Shown here one piece after another: positions 1 to 11,600 of a stretch of 39,446 bases of DNA. The notes under the pieces were generated by a model. It was not told the DNA's origin. It searched no databases and was given only the letters and a program-made list of their open reading frames with translations. Within the stretch, counting starts at the first letter, position 1. Every line of letters starts with the position of its first letter. The stretch covers positions 52,316,055 to 52,355,500 of the forward strand of contig NC_068981.1 of NCBI RefSeq assembly GCF_001194135.2, given 5' to 3'. A program made the position numbers and the translations under genes. Source of the DNA: Octopus bimaculoides (Eukaryota).

Positions 1-259
1 AGGTACCGACAGCGAGTAGATAGGGCTCTTAATTGTAGATTTTAAATATTTGAGAGACAACAATGCATAAATCGTAATTTTTAAAAGAGCAATGAATTCT
101 AGGTGAATAGAATATAACGTAGCATGAATTTAGGAAGCTTAGAAAATGAATAAATATGAATTTAAGACAACAACTGAATTCAATTGAATTTCATGGAGAG
201 AAACAAGATAAATAATAGAGGGCAAACTAAAGCGCGAAGGTATGAGATGTTTGAGGCCG

Positions 260-469
260 TATATATATATATATATAGTTTGTATGAACGTCAAATTTCA
301 ATTCAAGTATCTACACATATACATACACACACACATATACACATACATACAACCGCATACACATACACACATGTATATACATGTATATTTATATGTATAT
401 AGATAATCCATGCACACATATATACATACACACATATAGACATAAATTCACACACACCTATATATTTCC

Positions 470-513
<44 letters not shown>

Positions 514-523
514 NNNNNNNNNN

Positions 524-565
<42 letters not shown>

Positions 566-780
566 TTACACAGGTATGTATAGGCATATTCACACATTTA
601 TACATACACACACATATATACTGACATATATATGTACGTATGTCCATGTATATATATATTTATACACATATACGCATACATACACACACATATATATACG
701 TATATCCTTGTGTATATATGTATACACATACATACATACATGCATGCATACATACACACATACATTTTATAATATATATA
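260..780. repeat. Compound (TA)n/(CA)n microsatellite tract
   Basis: Direct reading; contains a short N gap; source of the spurious Y/I/H/T-rich ORFs. Confidence 0.95.
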
Positions 781-1155
781 AGTGCTTGTGTGTGTTTCAT
801 TTGAAAAGTATTAGGAAACGAAACTTTAGGACTCTGAGTAACGCCCAAGTAGTGCCAGCTAATAAACAACGACATACATTCTCTGTTTTTATCTCCTGAA
901 TTCTTTTACTTTTTATAAACCAAGTACACTTTTATGTATAGTTCAAACACATACAAAGATGATTGGAGTCTTCCAATTAAGTTAAGCAAAAGGAAATAAA
1001 AAAAACAAATGAGTAAAGTGTATGAAGAAATAAAGATATTTATTTTCCCTCCACCTTTTTCCTTGCCTCTCTCTCTCTCTCTCTCTCTCTTCAATCAGTT
1101 TCTCTATTATTTTCTCATTTACATTAATGTAGTAATTCGTGTAGTTTTTTCTTTT

Positions 1156-1187
<32 letters not shown>

Positions 1188-1376
1188 TTACTGGTTTTAG
1201 TCATTGGGCTGCAGCCATACAGTGCACCACCTTCAAGTATGTAGTCAATCATATAGCCCCTAACCACATAACATAACCTCAGGCAGTCCCATTGAACTAC
1301 TAAATTGTAGGGCATAAAGAAATACAACATAACATCAATTTTAACATCGATGTAAACAAGGACAAACATACATACA

Positions 1377-1800
1377 CATCATCATCATCATCGTCACCGT
1401 CATTTAACGTCCGCTTTCCATGCTAGCATGGGTTGGACGATTTCACTGAGGACTAGTGAAACCAGATGGCTACACCAGGCTCCAATCTGATTTGGCAGAG
1501 TTTCTACAGCTGGATGCCCTTCCTAACGCCAACCACTCAGAGAGTGTAGTGGGTGCTTTTACGTGCCACCGGCACAAAGGCCAGTCAGGCGGTACTGGCA
1601 ACGGCCACGCTCAAAATGGTGTATTTTATGTGCCACCTGCACAGGAGCCAGTCCAGGGGCACTGGAGGCACAAGTGCCAGAAAGACGATGCTGGGCACAG
1701 GTGCCATCACAATTTCGCTTTCGCTTGCCACAACAAGTCTTCGCAAGCCGAGTTTCGTGTCCAATGAATGAGACAACGTTGGCATGGGTGCCAGTCGTCG
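1377..1800 (-). mobile_element. RTE-LINE-type 3' end / non-autonomous retroposon with (GAT)n tail
   Basis: Reverse complement of ...gttggcgttaggaagggcatccagctgtag...aacccatgctagcatggaaagcggacgttaaa(tga)n; the same sequence recurs at least 10 times in the window. The RTE link is inferred. Confidence 0.8.
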
Positions 1801-2343
1801 AATAGTTTTTTGTTTTTTTTTCGGGGNNNNNNNNNNNNNNNNNNNNNNNNNNNNNNNNNNNNNNNNNNNNNNNNNNNNNNNNNNNNNNNNNNNNNNNNNN
1901 NNNNNNNNNNNNNNNNNNNNNNNNNNNNNNNNNNNNNNNNNNNNNNNNNNNNNNNNNNNNNNNNNNNNNNNNNNNNNNNNNNNNNNNNNNNNNNNNNNNN
2001 NNNNNNNNNNNNNNNNNNNNNNNNNNNNNNNNNNNNNNNNNNNNNNNNNNNNNNNNNNNNNNNNNNNNNNNNNNNNNNNNNNNNNNNNNNNNNNNNNNNN
2101 NNNNNNNNNNNNNNNNNNNNNNNNNNNNNNNNNNNNNNNNNNNNNNNNNNNNNNNNNNNNNNNNNNNNNNNNNNNNNNNNNNNNNNNNNNNNNNNNNNNN
2201 NNNNNNNNNNNNNNNNNNNNNNNNNNNNNNNNNNNNNNNNNNNNNNNNNNNNNNNNNNNNNNNNNNNNNNNNNNNNNNNNNNNNNNNNNNNNNNNNNNNN
2301 NNNNNNNNNNNNNNNNNNNNNNNNNNNNNNNNNNNNNNNNNNN

Positions 2344-2677
2344 GCGGTTTCGATTCCCAGACCGGGCATTGTGAGTGTTTATTGAGCAAAAACACCTAAA
2401 GCTCCACGAGGCTCTGGCAGGGGATGGTGGCGAACCCTGCTGTACTTTTTCACCACAACTTTCTCTCACTCTTACTTCCTGTTTCTGTTGTGCCTGTAAT
2501 TCAAAGGGTCAGCCTTGTCACACTGTGTCACGCTGAATATCCCCGAGAACTATGTTAAGGGAACACGTGTCTGTGGAGTGCTCAGCCACTTGCACGTTAA
2601 TTTCACGAGCAGGCTGTTCCGTTGATCAGATCAACTGGAACCCTTGACGTCGTAAGCGACGGAGTGCCAACAACAAC
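2344..2677 (+). mobile_element. tRNA-derived SINE with (CAA)n tail, 5' head mostly lost in gap
   Basis: Near-identical to the full-length minus-strand copy at 19696-20082. Confidence 0.85.
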
Positions 2678-4431
2678 GACTTGGTTTATAATAGCAATAA
2701 CAAGGCAAAGATACAAACAGAGCCAAAGCAACACAAGCCTATCAATAGGCTGATTATGAAGTGGGAAAGAAGAATATAAAGATCACAGCAAAAGATGTTA
2801 ACCCTTGACTTGTCATCAGTTTTGCAGTATGCTATGGTCAGATGATGAGTGCAGAAGTAATACACTAAAACAGGCAGTCAGATGAAGGGCTGAATGGACC
2901 ACCAGGTCCTAATGACCTTACCCCTGCTCCCAACCTACCCGAACCCCACCATTGTGGAAGCAGTAGAGTCAGACTGATGATACAATATACAAAGCTAAGT
3001 TGCTATACATGTTTTGACAATCAGAATTGATGAACAGGTTCTGTTGAGTATATTGAAAAAGAATCTTAAAACAGAAAACAGACTATTCCAGGCTATATGT
3101 GTAACAAAAATACTAATCATACGTGATGTGTAATCACTCTTCAACCACATAGCTTATGGAAACCAAGGTCATCAATGCAGTAACTATTTCTCATCAAACC
3201 TGCCCATTCTCCATACTAACATGGGTTGGATGTATCATTAAGATCCAAATCAGTCCTTATTCATTGTCACTGCCTCCAGATGAGGCAATCAATGACATCT
3301 CACTGGTACATTACAATTTTTGGCATAGTTTTTACAGCTTTGTACAATGTATTGGGTCCATTTTATTAACTCCACCACAATAAGCTGTAGATTTTTTAAT
3401 AAGATCAGTTCTAGATTAGTATGCCTGGGACATGAACTGCTTAAGTTCATTCCTCTCTAAGTTATGCTCATGGGATGCTATGAATTCAACATTAAAAGAT
3501 AACAAAATACTCACCCAAGAGATAAGCATACCACAGGCCAACTCTACCCTGGTTAAAGGCAATTCATTAACTTTTATTCCAAATGCTCTTAGGAAATACA
3601 CTAACAATACAATTTCTCATTTATCCCTTCAGTTCATCAGGGTATTTTTACTTCATCAAAAAGAAGCCTTACAGTTTAAGTGGTAAGCTTCATCTAAATT
3701 TGAAATTTATATACTGGACACTGAGAGTTCAGTCTGCAATGCATTAAAGTTCAAATCCTTCAACGTAATTCAATACAGAAATATATTTCTGTTAAAAATT
3801 GTCTTACAGATAAAAACTAAGTTTTCTTCAATAATACAGAATGCAATAACAAACTATCAAAACGAAATGTGAGAATGAATAAAAAATATTTATTTTATTT
3901 ACAAGCGTAGCAAATAATTTGTCCTTAAAAATTACCACAAACTTTAAGCTTCACAGTCTCTGACTGGCAATGTCATTCATATACAACCAAAACTGCATAC
4001 CAATTAAATTTTAAGTTGTTATTTCAACTTTGACCTTACTACACAGCACAAAAGCAATCCACATTAGTGTACTGCTTTCATATTTGAAATGTTTCTGTTG
4101 CTATACACACATGAAAATCCCAGACTACCTCCAATAGACATAGAAAGGGATAATTTCACTGATTGCTAAATACTCAGAGTTCTAGGGCATTTAAGAGTCC
4201 TCAAATGCTGTGTGTCTTTTAGGAGTTCATGCCTAACTCATGAGATATTGCCCTTCTAAGAATATTTGGTTGACATTTATGTTTAACAATTAGAGTAAAG
4301 AATACACTGTAAAGTATTTTATCTTCTGAATTGTTAATATTCTCATTTTGCTGGTTTCAACATCTTCATTGTCACCCTTCATTGTCACCAAGGCATTCAT
4401 TGTTTTCAGATTTGATTCTGGTGCACTTCAT

Positions 4432-4536
4432 TTATTCCATATGCAACAGCGTAGCTCTCATCTCTTTGTCAGATATATTGCGTCTCACAGTGACATTCAT
4501 GGCATTAGAAAGTTTTATGGCCAAAATATGCTTGCA
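4432..4536 (-). CDS. ZSWIM7: ZSWIM7 coding exon 7 (last): CKHILAIKLSNAMNVTVRRNISDKEMRATLLHME*
   Basis: Acceptor tttctag, phase 0, TAA stop at 4434-4432; carries the CxH half of the SWIM finger. Confidence 0.93.
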   Translation of the reverse strand, partial: CKHILAIKLSNAMNVTVRRNISDKEMRATLLHME

Positions 4537-7500
4537 CTAGAAATAGACATAAGTAAATGAAAATATATTTGACATAAAATTTACTAGGTACCAGTTTAAC
4601 TACTCTTTTAGGTTCATATATAAAGTGAAAAATTTTTAGTATACAATATATTAATATACAAATATAAATATATACTTGAGTGTAAAAACAAAATAAATGC
4701 AACAACAAACCTTTGAAAACAAAGGTACTAAAGACAATAGCTTAGAGACATCTTATAGTCATAAGATGTATACATTTCATTGACTGCAGCTATGAAACAC
4801 CATATGTGTAATGAATACATCCAATGTTAATTCTGTTAGCATGTTGGTGGTGTGTTGGGTTATACACTCTATTATTTAAAAGTGATCATTTAATTAATAA
4901 AAAACAAAACAAAAAAAAACAGACACCATGCCAGTTTGGTGTTTGAGTTTTCATCAAAATCATCATCATTTTAACACCTACATTTCCATGTTCCAAGGGT
5001 CAGACGTAATTTGTTGAGGCAAATTTCTATCAGCCTTCCCTGTCAGCCACTGATACTTGTGTTTCCAAGCAAGGCAATATTTCCTCATGACTTGACATGA
5101 TTTTATGTAAGATGAAAAACGAATGACACTACTTGCAAATGATAACACTCATTTACAACTATCATGTGATGTCAAGAAAAAGAAGCACAAACATACACAC
5201 ACATATGTACACGTGTGTGTGTGTATGAATAAAATCACTACCAAAAGGCCCATGGGAATCTTAGAAACTGGTAAATGAATCCAGGCTACAGTTTGCCCTA
5301 TCGAATAATTGTGCTGAAGCAGGGTTAGGTTGCTAACATACATCAAGTATTAGTCAAATGTAAGTAACAGATGGTACATTATCAAATGAAACCTGCTCAT
5401 TAATACTGAAAAGCCATAAACAGGAGATAAATTGTAAACTAAGAGCAAGGCTTTTGTATAATCTGGTCTGAAGAAGTGAATCAGTATCCTTAACCTTTCC
5501 ATGAACTTTCAGAGTGAATACAGTTACATTACAATAAAAATGGTTATATAGGTAAGTTCAGAAATACAGGAATATGTTGTGAACAGATAGATAGCTTAGT
5601 GGTAGACAAGTGGAGAAAACAGGGGATAGAGTGTACATTAAACAGCTTAATGATATCCAGTTATAAAGATTAATTATGTGAAGGGTTAATAACTTACCAT
5701 AATGTGGTCATCTTTCAAAAGGACTGAAACATGGAAAAACTATGTATTAACACATCTCACCATAATCTTTATTAACACATCTCACTATAATCTTTATTAT
5801 TACATTACTAATTTGTAATTAGATATACATATATACATGCCTTGTATATATATATATATATACATGTCTTTAATGTGCTGTTACTTTTTCAGCTTATTTA
5901 CACAAAAACCAGAAACAACTCCACAAATTGCTCAGTTTGTGATGATGATATACAAACGGATTTCATAGCAAATACTGATGCAAGTCAGGCCTTTCAGATT
6001 TATTATAGCATTAATTCACAGTAATTTGAAAGGATACCTGGGTATCTTTGGAAGCTGACCTCATATATGAAGTTGAATGTATATGATCAGCAAACAAAGT
6101 ATTTAAAAGATGAAAGATAAACAGAATAAAATTGTTAACTTTCTGCAGTAATCAAATGTGCTCATAATTTCATCATTACAGTGATAATTACTGTTTTGTG
6201 ACAGCCTTTGGTTAATATGTTGTAAAATTTCCTATCTTTTCCAATTATGTAACACAACTAACATAACTACTTTTTAAAGCATGCTCAAGAGCAATCTCCT
6301 CTTTAACAATAATTTAATTCTGTAAAATGATTCACTGTTTAATATCACATGGATAAGCACTCTGATACAATATAAGTTCCTTACAGTCTCAATCTCTATA
6401 TCAGTTTTAATTCCAGTTGAAAGAATTTCATTTCATTTATCTAAAGACATCACACTTCACATTTTCTTTGAACTTCGTATTTGAGACCTTGTGTTTGTGT
6501 AAAATACTCATTTCTATTGCTAATTAAAAATGATATGTTAATGAGGCAAAATCTAAATTTTTTAAAAAGTGGATGAAGTAAAGTGAAAAAGATAGACAAA
6601 AGTTTTCTTGCATTCAAAATTATTAGATTTAAAATCAGTGGGAATCAGCAATTGAAATTTTATTTATTTTTTGTTCTGAAGACAGTACATGCACAAGTCT
6701 AGTTTGTATATTAAATTTAATTTGACTTCTAATTTTTGTGAGAAAACAAAATGAAAAAATTCCCTAGAAAATAATAACTTAACTTCAAGCATGCATTTTA
6801 CTCCTCAGATTTCTTTAGAATCCTAACACTGTTAGAATCTGTCAGTTCTTTACAAACATACTAAAATACTTGCCTTCAACACCAAGAGATACAATGAGAG
6901 TAAAGTTAAGAATCTTACTAATGAGTATTATGTTGCATTGCCTAGCAAGATCATAACTCATTCTGAGTGACAAATGGTTACATTCATGCTTCAGTTTGGT
7001 AGTTAGCACAACTATTAATATGTCCATACTAACAAAATCCACCCGCATCCAGTGAACATGAAATCAGTAAAAAAGTAAATGAGCACTTGTATGATACTTT
7101 ACCTGAATAGTTATAAGCAGGACAGGAACAATATTTGCTGTCAGGGAAACAAATATACACAATTCCTGAAGTGCCCATTACCTGCACAATAACATGATAA
7201 ATGTAACACTGTAAACAACATATGATGGACAAATTGTGAGAAGCAAAAGAATTGTCTCTCTCTGTAAGACATTATAATAAAAAGTACATTTAAGAAGTAT
7301 GATATTGTATAGCATTGAAGATAGCAATTCATGAGAGAAATGAGCTATGTATAGTTCGTTATGTAAGAGATATTTTCACAAAAATTAAATACAGTGAATT
7401 GAGAAAGTGATTAAATATGAAAGATAGTAAGATATTGTAAGCAGGGGAGATAACTGCACAAGTAAGAACGATGTAAATGGATGTTAGAAGCCGAGAGAAC

Positions 7501-8647
7501 AAATATGGATCGATAAGGAAGAAGTACTGCTTTAGACCAGAGAGGTTTGAAAAGATAAAGTTAGATCAGAATTAAAAACACTGAACTTCATCTTAGCATA
7601 CTTTCTGCAATATCAGTGAATGTATTATTCACTGTTTCCCATGTTTTAGAGAGGACTAATTTCACTAAGGCAGGTGACTAGTGAGTACATGTCATTGACT
7701 AGACCCAGGTAGGCCAACACACATCTGGCTTTCTCATGAGTTGTGATAATTGCCTCACTCCAATATATATTATGTTTTATAACACAGGATTTCTATGAAG
7801 AGACTTTCTGTCAGACAAATACTATAGCATTGTGCATGTCAGCAGTGTATATACTGCAAGTATAATACATACATGAATATTTTAATTTAATGCTGTTTCA
7901 TATGCATACACCAAATTTGTGTGTGTGTGTGTGGTTAAGTAGATTGCTTCTCAGCCATGTGATTTCAAGTTTAGTCCTGCTGCATGGCACCTAGGGTGTC
8001 TTCTGATATAGCTCCAGGCTGACCAAAGTATTATGAGCGGGTTTGGTAGATAAAAACTGAAAGCAGGATGACGTATATTTGTGTATGTGTGTATTTGTTT
8101 GTGTGTATATGTGTGTGTGTGTGTATGTGTGTGTATCCTTTTCTTGACATCAAATGATAAACAAGCACCAGTTGTACAAGGATGTTTTTTTTTCCACTCT
8201 TCTATAAAAAAAAAACCATGTACAGCCATGAAAAATATAACCTTGCTTGGGTGAGGTTTGACAACAGGAAGAGCATCTGGCCATAGAAAATTTGCCTTAA
8301 CAAATTTCGTTTTAATCCATGCAAGAAAAATTGGACATTAGAAGGATATCAAATGATGATCATCATCCTCACCATCATAAACATGATATATATCATGAAT
8401 TGTCAACATCATCATCATCATCATTTAATGTCCAGCCAAACATATTATATATATCTCCTGTAGGATTTTCGAGCGAGATCGTTGCCAGTGCCCCTGGACT
8501 GGCTTGTGCGGGTGGCACATAAAAGACACCATTTCGAGCGTNNNNNNNNNNNNNNNNNNNNNNNNNNNNNNNNNNNNNNNNNNNNNCAGTCGAATCGTCC
8601 AACCCATGCTAGCATGGAAAGCGGACGTTAAACGATGATGATGATGA

Positions 8648-8687
<40 letters not shown>

Positions 8688-11600
8688 TATGTATGTATAT
8701 TATTCCACAATGTTATGATATATCTTCAAGTGTTATATTTTTACTTTAACTATGGAATGAAATTGAAAATGTAAGTGAAATCTTAAACATAATGAAAGAC
8801 TTGTAAAAATAGAAATAAGGAAATTTATAAAATGTGGGATTTCCATGGTTCCTACTACCTCATATTAATGCTGCTGTGCAGTGTTGAGCTGTAATATTTG
8901 TGTTATCTATTTACACCTAGGTAGACTTAGCCATTTAAGTGTTCATTTCATGGTTATGGACATAGTCCTTTCTCGATGCCAGAGTATGAACTGCCACCCT
9001 TCATTGTGAATCCAGCACCATATAAACTCAGCTGTAAAGCAATTTCCACATGCAAAATCATTTAGAAACAAATATAAAACTCTTTGTATAGAAGACGTAC
9101 TGTGTATAATTGGCGTTTACTTGGGCACTCTAGCAGAGTAACAGCTTTTCTATCAATGATATCAAGTGCAGGCATGAGGCTTGTCTGGTAAATGAACTGA
9201 AGCCTAGAATAAAAGAATAAAACAAAAATACAACATAATCTCTTGTCAGTCATTATAAGTTATCAAAGTTACATAGTATCTTGAGACAGTGCTATAAGAT
9301 ATAATCTGAATTTCAGGTTGAGCCTGTTATCAGTTTCATATACAATAAACAAGTTAATCTTGAGTAAATTAACATTGAGGTATCTGTGGAGTGGTTGGTG
9401 TTAAGAGGGGCATCCAGCTATAAACACCATGCCAAAAACAGACAGCAAAGCATGGTGCAGTCTTCTGCCTAGCCAGCTTCTGTCAAAATTTCCAACCCAT
9501 GCCAGCATGGAAACCAGGCGTTAAATGATGAGCTGAATCCTGTAATCAAATTCTAATGTAGGTTGTAACTATGTCTCTTCATTAACACCACAATAACTCT
9601 TGCAAGAGTTATAAACATCATAAATCCTGTTAGTCTACATCTCTAAGGTATATAAAACTAATAACTCAGTTCCAAAAATAATTTGGCAATAGACTCCAAA
9701 TATCACACTTGTGTGATGTGTATAACATATTTATTGACTGGTGAAACTACAAAGATTAAAACCAGCATCAACTGGAAATATTTAATAAATTTCTAAGATT
9801 AATTCCTTAAATATATAGCTGTGTAAATGTAAATAGGTGTATAAATGTAAATATGTTGGTATATATGACTTATGCTTCATAATTTTAGAAAAGCAAATCT
9901 AGATGTTTCTGGAAAATGCAGACAAAATAGACCAATTCTTAATATATAAAGTAAGGTAGCGAGCTGGCAGAATTGTTCATATGCCAGGCAAAATGCTTAG
10001 TGGCATTTCATCTATCTTTACATTCTGAGTTCAAATTCTGCTGAGGTTGACTTTGCCTTTCATGGTCAATAAAATAAGTACCAGTTGAGTATTAAGGTCG
10101 ATGTAATTAACTTATTCCCTACCCCGAAACTGCTGGCCTTGTGCCAAAATTTGAAACTAATACATATATAGATATATAGTGGATATATAAGAAGTGGACA
10201 TATATACTCACGCGGATAACAATTCATCAGACACTGAAATCATAAAAGCCATTTATATTGTTACAAAACAGATATAAATGATGTAGCTACTGTTTTACAT
10301 AAACACAAAGTTATAGCATTATAATTTTTATATCATCCTTTTAACATCCGCTTTTCCATGCTTGCATAGGTCAGACGCAGTGTGTTGGGGCAGATTTATT
10401 ACAACCAGATACCCTTCATATCACCAACCATCACCTGTTTCCAAGATCAGATATTTTTTTACAGAAAACAGGAAATGAAGGACATTGCACGCATTCTGGT
10501 GACACTCATTTACAACTGTTGCAAGATGTCATGGGAAGGAAACAGTAAAACACACACATGTGGGTGTGCATACACACACACATACGTGTGTACAGACACA
10601 GATACATGTGCAAACAAACACACATGTGCACAGAATAAATGTACAATTTGCCACCAATATGCAGAGTGGTTACAATATATAACAAATCTTTTTCATACTT
10701 TACATCCATCTTTCAATAATGGCCTGACTGAAAAATTCTTACATTGACATATTGTTACAGTAATCACTTTTATAGTTGGCTATCTTAATTGGGAACAACT
10801 CATTGAATCCATTTCCAATCAAACTGGTTAAATCTACAGCTCACAATACAATTATAGAAAAAGTTTGAATTTAGTGCCCCCAGTAAATCCTGTTATAAAG
10901 GGTTAGATGGTGATACTAAATATATATAATAAGGATGAAGAAATTGTGACCTAGCTTTTTTCAAAACAAGACAACTTTAGAGTGTTGCATTTCACTCTGG
11001 ATTTGAAGAGATTACACAATATTGTCAAATGGCTGACTCTTTGTAAATTACTGCTGTAATCATAAACAAATGTCTTATGATGTCTATAAAGTCAAACTTA
11101 TAAACAAGGAACTAAAAAGTTCCTGGCTTTAAAGGTATCACCAAAGGCCTAGTTGGAGGCCCAACTTTCTGAGTCCTTTTACAGGGACTGGAAAAACTGA
11201 AGAATTGCTCCAATAAGTGTTTGAATCTGAGAGGAGAATATGTTGGATACAATCATAATTAACTGATCCTCCCTTACTTTCTTTTACCCAAGGAGACTTC
11301 CACTGCTTCATGCAGTTGAGGGTATTCTGGTACTCTTCGTAGAATGGTGGCGTTTTCATCCAGTGTCGAGTTGGATGCAAGGGTACCACATTGTAGTTTT
11401 GGTTCAGAAGACTCGAGAAGAGCTTTCCCCAGCATTGAATGATATCTTGTGGGTTAGTCAGAATGGTGTTGGAGTCTATTGATTGAAGAGAGTTGATGAT
11501 CTCACAGGCCCAAAAAGTTCCTTTGTTCTTGCATAGAAGTGTCTGAGGTCACAGGTATCAGCATACCCTTGGAGTTCAATGGCTTTTTGTTGCCACCAGT

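Noticed and set aside
184-899. Several 70-170 aa ORFs rich in Y/I/H/T/C/V
   Set aside because: Translations of TA/CA microsatellites, some spanning Ns.
1559-2469. Long ORFs of 200-290 aa (also 18024-18601, 21106-21532, 26745-27620)
   Set aside because: Open only because they run through N gaps.
3150-3700. Short ORFs downstream of ZSWIM7
   Set aside because: No recognisable motif or consistent splice phase; likely 3' UTR or intergenic.
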